Positions 28,701 to 43,700 of a DNA stretch of 64,000 nucleotides are shown here, piece by piece (the first letter of the stretch is position 1; each line of letters starts with the position of its first letter). The notes beneath the pieces were generated by a model. That model was not told the DNA's origin. It did no database searches and saw only the letters and a list, made by a program, of their open reading frames with translations. The translations under genes were made by a program, and so were the position numbers. The stretch lies in the NCBI GenBank assembly GCA_051362555.1, contig CM120648.1:18348587-18412586 (forward strand), read 5' to 3'. Source of the stretch: Lingula anatina (taxonomy: Eukaryota; Animalia; Brachiopoda).

Positions 28701-31700
28701 TATCAAATAACAGTGCGAATGAGACAAATCCGCAGAAATATTTGCTTATCGCATTCCCTCATATTCTGTTTCCTACTGGGTTATTTCATCGTCTGACCAT
28801 CCGTCTTCTAAGGAAGTATAAAGCTCAGCAATATAAAAATAACATCCCAGTTGTCGGGTTTGACAGCGCCTCCTTCCGCCTGGCTGATAAACAGTCGGTG
28901 CTGCATCTCGCCATTGAAAATAAGGCCATGAAGTTGTTTATAACTAACGCCACTGGACTCCCTCCAAGGACTCACATGTACTCAGAAGCAAGAAAAACAG
29001 TTGAAAACGAGTTGACAGTCCTTCGGGATACATACTGCCCCAGGATGCATTTTGGCTACAGCATCAGGTTAACAAATGACGGACCCAATATTCCAATAAA
29101 TGCACATGACGTCCAAACAGCCGATTCCATATGTGCGTATGTAGAGAACTCTGAAGTGTCGGTAGATTTAAGGCCATATCGCGTTTGGTTTTCTGGTAAG
29201 CAGTTTGAAATATCACGTAGTGTTGTTGTGAATAGACATTAGGCCCTATGCTATTTTAACATAGAACATGCATTCCGTGTTAATTGGTTCACAGATCTTA
29301 ACATTTTAAAAGATCCCTGATTACACAGCATGTAATATCTGAAACCAGATACCATTAGAAAATTTAGGTTTGATTAGTTTTAATTTTCAAAATAATTAAT
29401 CGGGAAAAATATATTAAGGATATTTCTGTTTTGTACATATATTTTTGAAAATATTGATTTTTTACACAAACACTAATGACATACAATGTTAGTTATTTCT
29501 TATGAATACTCAATTGTATATGCAATAGACTAAAAAATGCTCAATTAGAAATTAATGGGAAAATTTATATTAATCTACCCTTCTTAAATGAACTATGTAC
29601 TTGTTTGTAACATTTTTATTAGAAACAAAAGGCAAGATATCGTATTCAGATTTTACTCAAACATGTTATGAATTAGCAACCTGTGATATCAAGTCATTAG
29701 AAACATGTCAGTGAGAGATAAAACCAAAATTAACAATCATTTCGGAATGACACTTGGATTTTGAAAGGAAAAGTATGGCGTATGATAGGACATAAAGTAT
29801 TTTGATGGGGCCCTAGAGGCCAAGTGCCAATATATAATATATATTAGGCCAATCTTACCATTTTAGCAGCCCCAGAGAATCAAGACCGTCGTGCAGCCAA
29901 GTGTCCTGAAAACGAGGCAAGTTATGAGCTTTTAAATACGTTTGTGTCTAAGTACTGCGCAGCAAACACAGAACGTTATTATAACGTTACCATATCATAT
30001 GTCCAAAAACATTTTGGTAACATTATAGTAACGTTCTGTGTTTGCTGACCATTATCCTCACTTGCACAAGTTTTAGTAAGACCATGAAATTAAATGTACT
30101 TGTATATACACAATCATAAGAAAAATTGGATACACTTAGGCATAAATGCGCACTTTTCACTCTGTTACACTTGCTATACGACCTCCGATATTTGTAATGA
30201 TAAATTTCACATAAAGATGGTGTATGTGTGCGTTTCAGTACAAGAACGATTCCGAACCGAGAGGTCGTGCACTCATTATCAACAACAAGACATTTTCCGT
30301 GGACTGGCTTCCAGAACGTGATGGTACCGAGGTAGACGTTGTTGCCTTGAGGAAACTATTCCGTTACCTCCATTATGAGACAGACGTTATCAGTAACCTG
30401 ACTGCAAATGTGAGTTCATTAATAAGATCGTGGTGTGTTTGTAAAAAAACGAACATCGTAAAAGCCAAATGGCTTTTAGGTTTCAAAGACTAACATACTT
30501 TTTGGTGATATCTAAATATATTTATCAGTGACACAAAGATGATACAATTGATACTTGAACCTTTTGGTTCAAAACAGGTGTTATCAAACAAACTTTTCGG
30601 TCACATTTTATTATGTTTATCTATTTCACTGCAATATATTTTTCTACTAAAATGAAACTTTTCACTCGTTTCTGTTCATTGCATGTATTTATATGAGAGA
30701 CGTATGGTACACTGTATAGTTATACAACATTGGTCAAAAAGGTTGTCCCACCCCTATTTCCATGTACTTTTATTTACAAATGATCACCTTACAGCTGTAA
30801 ATTGTTAGAAATAGTGCTTTTTATTACGGATACCGTGTCTAACGTGATAAATGGTTTTAAGATTACAAAATAGTGGTGAAAATATACATATTTTATACCA
30901 TTTAGTAAAATTTATAAGAGGTACCCCCTCAAAGCGACTGTTTCACTGTGACTACAGATGTAAAGAAATGTCTATAAAATTGAAATGATGCCATCAAATG
31001 TCACCAAATTCACACACAATTAGCATTAGGGTATGCTCGATAAAGGTCATGTGCCTAACAGCGTGTGCGTCTACCGGGTACTGCAATTGTCTTCTGTAGA
31101 CGGCGCGACAAGCCTTCAACACGGGTTACAATTCTGCTTTGTGGGATATTGTCCGATTCTTCTTAAACAAGCTGGGGGATTTGGCCCAGGTTTTTATGGG
31201 GTTGGTTCTCCTTTGCATTGCACACTCCAATTCATGTCACAGTTGATTAGTAAGTTTAATATCAGGGCTCAAAGATGGTGGTTCCATCCTTAGGCCATTG
31301 TGTTTCTTCAACAAACACTTGCCAGGCGAGGGGTGTGAGCAAGTGTGCAGTCATGATAAAGCCTGATGTTAACCCTAAAGTCAGTTCTTGAAGATGGAAT
31401 GAGATATCAGCTGAGAATGCTACGTTCAGTGATCTCGCAGGCACCTGAACCTGGTCATCCATCACTGGAAGGAAGTCGATTTTGATGCAGAATTAAATTA
31501 TTTCTTGTATCCCATCGATGGTCAAAAAGGGTCCATAGACATGTTATAAAATGTCTCTCAGAAGGGTGTGTGTAGGGTAATATCGCCTGAGGTGTCAGAT
31601 CAATCCGCATTTGGAGAACATTCCAAGCCCATGATATAAGTACATTGTTCCTTTTGGAACAAAACGTAACAGGTGCATTTTAATGTAACATTCTCAACAG

Positions 31701-34700
31701 AAATCTCACTCTATTTGCAAGAGGTGACTTCAGGGATGCAACTGGCCCCATTATGACAAGGCGCTTGCTCACAGCTCTCGTCTGGCAAATGACTTGTTGC
31801 AGAAACACAGGGCTCTGAGGATGGGACAACCGTCTTTGAGTTCGGATATTAATCCTACTGAGCACCTGTTGCATGAATTGGAATGTGCATTGCAGAGGAG
31901 AACCAATTCCTAAATAATCTTGACCAATTCCGCCACGCTCTTTAGGCGGAATGGGACAATATCCCACATAACAGAATTGTTGCCCATGTTGAAGGCTTGT
32001 CGCGCCATCTACAGGAGATAATTGCAGTACGCGGTAGACGCACACGCTGTTAGCACGTGATCTTTAACGAGCGCACCCTAATGCTAATTGTGTGTGAATT
32101 TGGTGACATTTGATGGCGTCTTTTCAATTTTATAGACATTTCTTTACATCTGTAGAAATCACAGTGAAACAGTCGAACTGAGGTGTACCTCTTATAAATT
32201 TAACTAAATGGTATAAAATGTGTATATTTTCACCACTATTTTGTATTTTTTTAACCATGAATCATGTTAGACACGGTATCTGTAATAAAAAGCTCTATTT
32301 CTAACAGTTCACAGCTGTGAGGTGATCATTTGTAAATAAAAAAGTACATGGAAATGGGGGTGGGACAACCTTTTTGACCAATGTTGTATACAGACAGACA
32401 TGGCGTACAATCTACAAATATACCACCATATGTCCGTCCTCGGTGGCTACTGCCTTTCACATTCTCTGTTAGCGTCAAGTATGAATTGATGCTGCCATTT
32501 TGCTTTACGCTGTCGTTGATAACCCAATTCTGTACGTACCACGTCTCTGCAGTCATTACATGCTATTGCGTTTGAGGTACACTATGTTTTTATGTCACTT
32601 CTTCTTTTATTTTAATGTGTAAAGGAAATGAAGGAAGAAATAGAACAAGAAAGTCAAAGAGACGATCACAAGATCTACGATTCTTTCATCTTGTTTCTAC
32701 TGAGCCATGGTACCGAGGGTGCTGTTTATGGAACGGATGGCTATCCTTTACCCTTCAAAGATATCAAAGCCATTTTGAATAACAGGAACTGTCTTGGCCT
32801 GTCGGGCAAACCGAAAATGATATTTATTCAGGCTTGCCAGGGAAGTAAGTTATGGAATGTATTACACAAGCTTGAATACCTGCGATGAAAATAACATGCA
32901 AAATTATTAAACAAATGTATTGAGATATTAAACTGAATTAACAGTTTGTCTCCTTTAAATTATATTCAGCCACACGAAACGAATGACGCTTAGTATTATG
33001 TAATTGTTTAATTAGTTAATACTGATATCAATTCTAACTTATATGTAAACATGTAATCCACATAAGGGTGTATGGGGTATTTCATTTTTTTTCCATATTC
33101 ACCCAGAGATATTGGACAGTGGGACACTCCTGGACGGACAAACAGTTCAACAACCACAGCAAGCACCACCTGCAGCAAACCTTGGCGATGAGGTACCCGA
33201 TGCGCCACACGAGATTCCAAAGCCATACAATGATCCGACTATGTCTGATTTTCTCGAGGTCCATGCGACTTCACCAGGTACTTAAACCGTGTTTCTTTGT
33301 ATGCCATTTTACTTAGGCCTTACAAATGTGTTTTTCATCAGAAAAAAACAAAATGATAAGGTGCACGTGGTGATGCTGGGATTATGGCATTTTGCCTCAG
33401 GTAGATGGTGTGCATTTTGTGGTCTTTCGACATATTGTGGAGAACTGTATTGTACGTGTATACTTTAAAATGCGCACTACATTACTGCACCAGTAAATAC
33501 TGAAAATGGTGCATGTATTTTTATACAGTATCAAATAAAATATATGTGCCAAATTTAATTAAAATTTACGTACATTTTTGCCATAATGCTTTTAAAAATG
33601 CGTTCACGATCACTACGAAAAACGAAAGTGTGTCGAGATGTTACCTAATTGTATTTGGGAAGCTGTCAGACGATTTCTTTCGATAAAAAAGACTTTGTAG
33701 CTTATGCAAATGTTGAGAAAAAAACATGCCGATTATGGAAAATTCAATTATCAAAATTTAAACTACGTAATTCGACAAATTTTAATTTAATTTAATTTAA
33801 AAATCGCTATCGTGTATTTCTGACATTGAATTCTCAGTGTGCACAAAGTGTAGGCATCGAAGGCATTCATGAATGTCGACACGTTTGATTCTTTGAATCA
33901 GATGCTTCATGTTACTTCATAGCGCAGAGGCATGCCAGGGAAAACAGAGGAAGAAAAACAAGTTCTGGTTTTTCTTGATTGAAGGCTTCGATTTGTTGAA
34001 GGGCAATTCTGTATAGCATGGCCCACGTTTCACAAAGAATCTTAAATCCGTAGACGTCTTACTCGAGCTGGGTGGCCTAGCTAGGTCGACTTAGCTGAAG
34101 TCGACTTGGAGTGTTTCACAAAGAATCTAACGTCTTAGCTTGGCATGCTTACCGTAGTCGATGCGCACGAGAAGCTCTTCAAGAAAAGGAGGTGTAAAAT
34201 TGCAAAAGTTTCACAAGACATGACGTTTCATGGCCTCTTTCGGTCGAGAACGATGGTTTATCAACGATAAAAGTCAGCCAAAACACAAACAAAGTTTGTT
34301 TTTGAACTTTATTGATTAGTTTAACTTCAATACAACTTCAAAGCAACAGTTAAACATTAGCTTGTCGTAGAACACTACTGAGGGACGTCTAGCGGTCAAA
34401 AACATAAACAAACACGCGATCGGCTGGATAAAGTGGAATTTTATTTTTTATTTCAATATTCCATAAATGTCAGTGCTATTCAAGGATATTATAACACAAT
34501 ATCTCGAAGGAGTTATGTTCTTTCCAAATTTTTGTTGTTTATGCTCTCATTTACCGAGTTTTAGTTGAGCTTGCCGACTTAAGTCTCCTCCCGAGGAGGC
34601 TTGACATCGTCGACTTACAGCTAAGAAAAAAACGACGTAAGCGACCTTTAAGATTCTTTGTGAAACGGGACTTAGTGACGTAACGACTTAATTACGTTGG

Positions 34701-37700
34701 TAACCAAGCCCTAAGTCAGGGAATCCGACTTAAGTTTTTTTGTGAAACGGGGGCCTGGTTTCCAAAGATCGTGTGGCAGGCATATCAGCAAAACAAAATG
34801 CATCGCCAAGGACCCGAATGCCATGGCAAAATGTTTTAAGTTTACTTTGTTATTTTGATACAAATAAGCTTCCGGTTAACATAGATTTGACTGGTCTCCA
34901 ACTTTCCATACTGCATTGTGCCTGACCGAAAAAAAAAACCCATTAAAATGAGTAGTGATTCAGTGTTCCAATGATGCCTGCAATGGCTAGAAACGTGACC
35001 CGTATTATTGGCCTTTTGGAGATCATTTCAGGTCGGTTCACTGTAACACTATCGGCAAATATACATTACTAATAGTTCCTTGATCTATGCGATTTATGAA
35101 ATTTGCTTTTCCGCACTCTCAGTGACACTAAGTACTGTTATATTAACAAAATAAAAATAAACAGTACTGTTGCATCTACGAGTAAATAATACGTTAAGGC
35201 TTCAGTATTTTCTGTTTCAGATTACGTATCTTGGCGACACAAGGGAAAGGGAACATGGTTTGTTCAATCCATTGTCGATACATTTTATCGTGAAGCACAC
35301 AAATATGACGTTTTACAAATGTTGGTGAATGTAAGTACTGAAATAACCTGAACTACATTATTGTACCACCAGCGTTAGCGCTGGCGGTACACATGGTTTT
35401 AGTCCCGTCCGGTCTGTTCCGCCGGCTCCGCCGGCTCCGCCGGCTCCGCCGCCATGTTACCGTTACCGCTTCTCCTCCTAGACGGTAAGGGCCCCCATAC
35501 CCATCTCTTGGATTTAGGTCACCTAATCTCAACTCGTTCCACGTAAAATTTGGGCTTTGTCGGTATTGGGGTCTAGGTGTGGCATTCATTGCAATGCACC
35601 CTTGTCCAAAAATGGCAAAATTAAATGCTAATTATCTACCCTACGGAAGGAATTATGGGAAAAATTTCTACAGACGGCTTTCCAAAAGTCATATGTGTAG
35701 ATTTCAAATATGCCCTTGGATTTGACCTTTGACCTTTATTTCAAGGTCAAACAGGCCAAATTTTTCAAAAAAATGAATTTTTTTACGAAAAAAAAATTAT
35801 TTGCGCTGTTATTCAGACACCACACAGACTTAACCAATAATATTATTGGAAAATGATACCCTTCAGGTCATCTTTCATCTCCGTGAATTTGGGGTCAATC
35901 GGTGCATTTTAACGGGAGTAGCGGCCATAAGATACCAAAACTGAAAACTGTCTCTAATTCGGGGACCGTTAATGCTAGAGACCCATTCTTTTTTGCATTT
36001 TGTAGAGCATGTAAAGCCCAACACTGAAAGTGATCTCCGTTTTTTTGTATTCCATACGGTTTTCGAGCTACGCTGTATCAGAAAGTACATATTGGTGGTG
36101 AAAGCAAAATGTGCAGTACGGTAATGGATAAAAAATTTTGAACTCTGGAAAAATAAAACATAAGGCTTGGCAAAGCAGACAACTTGTGGTCAAAAATGAC
36201 ATTATTTCATCAAATTTGAACTTCTGGAACTTCAGAGCACCTCCCATTTCAAGAATTTTGACCAAAATGACCTATTCTTTATTTTAATTAATTTTTTCTG
36301 TAGGAAATTTATGGCACATTATGGTAACTCCAAAATTAAAACATTTAGCCCCTTATATCTCCAAACCTGGCAGAGATAGGTCCATAGTTACTATTGAAGT
36401 TGAATAGGAAGTCATATACTGGCAATTTTACTGTGACCTTGAAATTGACCTTTGACCTACTTTTCACCATGAACTGAACTTTGCATATTTTTCTTCCCTT
36501 TTATCTACAAAACTGGCAGAGATAGGTCCATAGTTTCTATTGAACTTGCATGGAAAGTCATATACTGGCAATCTAAGTGTGACCTTGAAATTGACCTTTG
36601 ACCTACTTTTTATAATGAATTGAATTTTGCAAATTTTGGTTCTCTTTTATCTCCAAAACTGGCAGAGATAGGTCCATAGTTTCTATTGAACTTGCATGGA
36701 AAGTCATATATAGGACTTGCATTATTCGAAAGGTGCGATGTGCGCATGACCGGAATTGTGCACTGCAGGGGTCAAAATAGTACCGGAAGCGTTGTTCACA
36801 GCGATAAGAACACATGATGGAAGCAGAAGACGTGCCAGGAGCGGTATTAAACAAGCCAATTGAAGCGGCAACGGTGCCGGAGTTGAAACGCTGGTTAAAA
36901 TGTAGGAATGCCCGCACATCAGGCAAAAAAGAAGAGCTGATAAAAAGGTATGTTACACGATATTTTCTGAAATACAAGACCAAATACAAAACCCGAATGT
37001 GGAGTTGATCATGATGTCTCTACCTAGTCTTTAATAGCCAAGGACGATAACAGTATGTTCATTTCCTTTGGTCATACTGTTTAAAACATGAAGTGGTTGT
37101 TGCATATAATAATGGAATCTTAAACACTTTACATACACCAAAGTTCTATAGCTTGTTATTTTCAGGTAAATATTTGTAGACTTGATTTGATATAATGTGG
37201 CCATGCATTATCTCTTAGTTATCTAGCCAGGCATGCCCGTACTATAGTGACATTAGTGTTAGTAGAAGACAAATAAACTTGCACTGCATATCAATACTAT
37301 ATTGTATTACAAGATGTCCAGGCTTCCTGTTTATCAAAGTTATAGAACGATAAGTGGTCATTATGTAATTATGTTCACCTGAGTCCTTTCTTGTGGAGAT
37401 AGATTTGTCACCTGGTTCAGGCAATTATCTGATACAATCTCTGAGGTGCGCTAGTGTACTGTAAAGGTAATTAGTACAAGCTCCATGTCAATATCAGTGC
37501 ATCTATCATTTGTTTCTTCTTCATTATCTTTCTGTTGTGTATCCAGGTAAATTTTGGTAAAAATAAAAATAAAAACACTAGTCACGTCAATTCTCTGTTT
37601 TGTCATCAGTCTAATATGTATGTGTGTAAATTAATCACTGTTATAGATGTGTTGATGATGATTTTAATAAGTATTTTCATGGCTTGTTTTATAGGTGTAA

Positions 37701-40700
37701 ACTGTACAGTGAGGATAGAGAGAGAAACAAAATAGTGGATCCAGATGGTGGAGTTTGGCAGCAGAGAAAAGTGGAAGTGCCAGATAGAAGTTTGAATCAA
37801 GACAGTGGAGAATGGACCAAGTCCTTGAAGGGAATGCCCAAACTGTTTGGAGAGGCTTCCATTTATGAACTGGTTGGCGACAGTGGGGAAAAACATAGAG
37901 TTGGCGGGTACAATATATATAAATCGGGGAAAGTTCAGAACATTCTTGTTAAAATTGATAATGTATTCTCAGTGAGGGCAGTTGTTGGTGCGAGTTTCAC
38001 AAAGGACAGATACAATTCAAAAATTAACATTTTGGCTAATGGCAAGATTGATGCCTCCTACTGCAAGTGTAAGGCAGGAGCGCAGGGAAAATGCAAACAT
38101 GTTGTTGCAGTTTTGTTTAGTTTAAATGACATGAGGCTGTCTGGGTTATCTGAAATCCCTGAAGAACTTGCATGCACACAAAAACCCAAAGAGTGGGGAA
38201 GACGGAAATGCAATGTGACTGTCACTGGAAAATTTTCAGACTTGGACTTTGTAAGGCATGAACCAGGAAAAAATCCCATCAGCGTAGGCCATTCGAAACG
38301 TAGAAGAGAATATGCTGTTCTACCACCTAGCAAGCAATCTCTCCCCAAGCCTAGACTGGACAACTATGGGAGCATGCTGCCTGAAGGCTCAGTTAGAAAG
38401 TTGATGCTGACCAGTTTATGGAGCAGTAGTGAGGTAATTCGCATTGGCAAAGATTAGTCTTACTAAAGAAATATTTAAGGTACACGTGCCATTACCAAGT
38501 CGCAGAAACTTTACAGTATCTATGAAAAAGGTGTCAAAAAAAATTTTGTCTTTCTTCAATCTAAAAAGTTTTTTTATGATTAGTTTACTGGAAGTATCAT
38601 ATAATGCCATTTTATATCTATTTCTTCTCACCATTGTTCATTTGCTTTATATTAAATTTCAGAAGTCAGTAAGCCCTGTAGGTGTTCATCCAGAACACAG
38701 AAAGAATGTGCTCCAACCATGTGTAAGTTGAACATAAAAACCATATGCAGATGCAACCCTCATTGGGAGACACCACCCAAATGGGCTGTATGTCAATGGA
38801 ATTTCAAAAATAAATTCCAACATTTTAAACAAAATAGTTCACTGAATAATGGTTATTATGACCTTCATTAATATGTAGACATACATTTTTAGGATGCATC
38901 ATTCATTCCTTTAGGTTAGATATACCCACATTTATAAAAACTTTTACCAACTTAATAATATTTGCCTTGTGTAGTAAGGTACTTGGGTTCTTATTTCATT
39001 AGTTCTATCTATTTTAGCCACTGCAGAACATCCACAACAAGGTGTCAGAACAGATGCTGACTTGGGACTTTGACAGTGAAGAGTTCAAAGAAATGGCAGC
39101 CAAGTTTCAGTCACATAGGTTGTCTGTGAATGAAATAATCCAAATAGAGAGAGAAACACGGGGCCAGGCAAACAGTGAGAACTGGTACAAACATAGAAAA
39201 GGTAAAATCATTGCGCGGATCTTTCAGCAGATGTTGATACACCACTTCTCAGATGATTCAAATTGTTATACTTAAGACTAAGAACTACTTATATGAAGAT
39301 ATTTAATTTCCTTCATGACATTATTTGATGATAATAACACATAAATGTTAAATGGATATATGGTACTCAGACAAGTAATGTTTGAATTGTACAGTTTAAG
39401 TTAAATGCTGTAATTCCAGTGAATGGTTTGCACATTTTATAACTCAAAGCCAGGATTTGACATGTTAATTGTTTTTAAGGATAAGTGGGAATATTACGTA
39501 GTATGTTTACAACCAAATTCTTTGTTTGTATTAAGGAAGAATAACAGCCTCATTTGCTAGTCAAGTCGCTCACAGGAAGGAAGAAACGCCGCCGGATGCA
39601 TTACTGCGTAGGATGCTGCAGTATGATCCTCAAGTCAGCAGTGCTGCAACAAGACATGGTGAGAAGTATGAAAAAGAGGCAGTACACTATTACAGGTAAT
39701 TACCACTGTAGGAAATATTTCAAGTGGAATTGCAAAGAATGTTTAAAGGGAAACCACACTCTCTTATTGCTAGACAGTGAAGACAGATATATAGATGTTT
39801 TGTGAATATTATAAATTGTCTCAGTGAGAAGTAGGCATGGGTAAAAAGAATGAAATATTGTAGGGCTCACAACTTATAAATGTATTCTTTTGGTCATTTT
39901 AGAATATTGAAGTCATATTAGTTGTTGGATCATTAGGAATACACAATAGTATTATAAATTCCCCAGTAAAATTATTGGTTATGAAAGAACTGGAGGAAGA
40001 AACCTCTTCATGCCACAGAAATATAACCTTTTTTTTAATTTGAAGTTGTTGTTGTCATCAGTTGTTTCATTTTGACAAAGTCCGTTGCAAAAATGCTATA
40101 ACTGGTAAGCTATTTAAATTTTATAACTTTAGGATGATCAAGGACACTATTATGGAGCCAGTGGAAGTGGAGGATGCAGGACTGGCAATCCATCCATCAC
40201 ACCAGTTCCTAGGAGCTTCAGTGGATGGGGTAGTAACTGATTTGTCTGCTGAACCCCATATCGGTAGTATTGAAATCAAATGTCCGTATGCTGATATTGA
40301 GAATTTAGAAGAATTGCATAAGAACAGGAAGCGGTTTTGTCTCACATCTGACAACAGTGCCAAGGCTGCCCATTATAGATTCTCAGAGGACTGTTCCGCC
40401 ATCGACATAGCCCAAGTTCATAGCTCTTTATCAGTAGATACAAAACATCCATACTTTGATCAAATGCAAACCCAGATGGCAATAACTGAGAGAAAGTGGT
40501 GCGATTTTGTTGTGTTTTCTACCACAGGCCGTACAGGTGAAATAATGACTGGAGAGATTGTTATACAGCGAGTGGAGTTTGGTGCTACATACTGGAAAGA
40601 ATTTTTATTGCCAAAGTTACACAAGTTTTATGTGGAATGTATGCTGCCTGAAATGATCAGCAAACGAGTAGCAAATGGGAAGCAGCTCTTTGAGGTCTCA

Positions 40701-43700
40701 GATAAATTTACTTATAGGAAGAAACAGTAACGTAGACATTAACATATATTTACTTTCAAAGGTGCCTTACTAGATCCCCTGTGCAAAGGGTATTTTTTTA
40801 TTGTTCAGATATGCTCAAGTGCATTGTGATAATAAAAATGTGATATTTGGTAACATTTTTTATATTTGCTTAAAAAATACTATGGTGCTTTACTTATGTG
40901 AATTCTTTTTAGTATTTTCTAGATATGCTCAAGTTCATTGTTATCATAATGCAGTATTTGGCAAAAAAAAATTTTATTTGCCTATAAATATATACAATTC
41001 AAGACTTGGTTTCACAATTTTATTTTGCATAATGATGTTGCCTTAAAATATCTTTCCAAGGTGCCTTACAATATTTCATGTTTTTCAGAAATTTTCTAGA
41101 TATGCTCAAAGCATTGTGATAATAAAATTTGTGATATTTGGTAAAATTGTTTTCTTTTCTTTCTTTTTAATTTGCAGAAGAAATATACGATTCAGTACTC
41201 CTTCACAGTCGGGTTTAAACCTGGTTTAACCTTGCTGTGAAATCAAACCAAAGTTTCACAATATTATTTCATGCCATTGTTTTTACAGTCACTGTCCATC
41301 TTGTATTTTTCCAATCAACTACTCCGTTTAGTTTTTAAATAATCATGCCATAGAAAGGAATAGTAATTATGATACAATGGGCTCCACACAAAGGTTTACC
41401 AAATAACAGCATATAACCCATATTTTGTTCAAGTCGCTGGCCATAGAGTTTGGAAATACATATTTCAAAATCCGATAGTTCTTCACTCTCCCGATAACAC
41501 GTTCAACATGGATCCGTACCTTGGCAATACTCCTAGTTTCATCCTCTTCTCAAGGGCTAAGTTGGGGTTTGCCAGACATGAAAGGTGGTATGTTCAATCC
41601 TATTTTTTTTTCAGCAAGATATTCATCAATGAGAAACCCTCTATCTGCCATAACAGAGTCCCCTTCCTCTAGGAGATCCAAAAGACCACTATTCTCTGTA
41701 ATATCTTTGTCAGACATACGACCTGGAACCAAATCTGTCACAAAAGTAATGAATCCATTGGGAGCTATCCCCAAAAGCCCCTTTGCAGTATTGTGACTCT
41801 TATAATTTGAATATGTCTGTCCAGAGACGTCACACTGGTTTGGTGTTTCAATAAACAATTCAGTGCAGTCAAGTACTACACGAGTAGAGGGATATTCTTG
41901 CTTGAAGCACTCTGGCATTGTTTGGTCTATTATCTCTCTAGATGGCCAAATGGGCATTTGTCGAAAGCGAAAGTATAATAGCTCAAAGTAGGTTTTGCAA
42001 ATCCGTGACACTGTAGTTGTGTGCACACCAAACCTGAAAGTATAAAGCAACCTGCTGAAAAAATAGTACCTAAAATGTTTTGCAAATGAAATAAAATAAT
42101 TCTGCATAAAAGACTATCCAATGTTTAGGCTTAAAGAACAATACAAATACTAAATTTGTAACAATAACTTTAAAATATTTAAGTATGAAATAAAACCTGC
42201 ATGAATATATATGCTAGAATTTTTATTTTCTTTTCTTTTTGACTATGTATTTAATCTTTGCTCAACTTGATTACAAAATGCTGCAGAAATAGATTCTAAT
42301 AAAAAAATTAGCATTTTACCTGTATGCTAGATCTTCTTCAAGCAGACCCACTCTCAACCTGCATAACACAAGGAATAGCTCATCCTCTGTGCTCAGTGTT
42401 CTGGGTCTTCTTTGTTGCCTCTCCTCAGGATTTGAAAGATCCGTGCCCCAATACTGCATTGAGGTAATGTCAGGGTATAAAAAGTCATGAAAATTTTTAA
42501 ATTCCTCGTAAGTTTCAAAACCAGTGTAAAATTTAACCATTTCAGGTTTGTTTTGCATAGACTTTATGCTGAAAATGTGTTTGTCAGCTTCCTCTTGTGC
42601 TTTGGACAGTTGTTCCTGCATTTTCATGTATTTTTCCTCTGTCACAGTTTTTCTTTGTGCATCTTTCTTTGCTCGTTGTAATTCCACTCTTGTTTCTGAA
42701 AGTTCAAGTTCTAAAGATTGAATTTTCTGTTCCATACTGAAAATAATATGTTGTTTTTCCTTAACTGTCGTTAAAAGCGCATCTGAGCTAACATCTGATA
42801 CAATGCAGTAGGCATCGTGATCTGTGTTTGAGAAGCCATTTTCGTCCTCGCTGTTCAACTTCCAGTCCCACTCGCCGCCAGGTTCACTTGAATTTGTCTC
42901 AGAGTTATCAACTGTTAAATGTCTAATAAGGTTTCTTCTGGGCTTACTAACCTTCGATTCCTTGAGTGGAAATATAGTTGGTCTACGATTTCTTTCCTCC
43001 TTCAAAATGAGCACTACACACACGGTGATGCTTGGCGGGCTCGAACTTACTAAATTTGCCTGTATTTCCCGCTCGTCCAATATTGTCAATCCATATACCT
43101 CTCTCTTTTGGGTCCTTGGGAAAAGCATAAAATGAAAAATTTCGATCTCGCTTCGTATTGTTGAAACAGCCAGGCACACAACACATAGAACCGCCGAGAG
43201 GCATTTTACTTCTGTGTACAGAAATGGCGGCTACTCAAGTTGGGTCCCACTTTACCCACAATGCATTGCACGCAATATCGAAAACGAGACGAATAATGCA
43301 AGTCCTATATACTGGCAATCTAAATGTGACCTTGAAATTGACCTTTGACCTACTTTTCACTATGAACTGAACTTTGCAAATTTCTTTCTCTTTTAACTCC
43401 AAACCTGGCAGAGATAGGTCCATAGTTACCATTAAAGTTGAATATGAAGTCATATACTGGCAATTTACTGTGACCTTGAAATTGACCTTTGACCTACCTT
43501 ACGATGAACTTAACTTTGATTGTACCATTTTAAGTTATATATATTTTTTGCATATTTTGAAAATTCTTGTTGATTGCATTTTTACAGCTTGTCAAGCATA
43601 AGACTGGTGGCTGTGTCCCTTCTTTTGTGTATGTGGGGGTCTATACGAATGCGCTTGCTCCAGCTGGTGGTACAATATTCGGAGGCGGTATCGCCTCTCT

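Larger units (their letters stand above)
36711..43307. mobile_element. Full-length ISL2EU (PIF/Harbinger-related) DNA transposon
   Basis: TIR TAGGACTTGCATTATTCG / CGAATAATGCAAGTCCTA, inserted in an ATAT site of the host repeat; two convergent genes (THAP-DDE and YqaJ), the known ISL2EU layout. Confidence 0.9.

Noticed and set aside
36814-40730. Viral or phage origin of the YqaJ recombinase-like gene
   Set aside because: It has spliceosomal introns and lies between ISL2EU TIRs, where this domain is normal cargo
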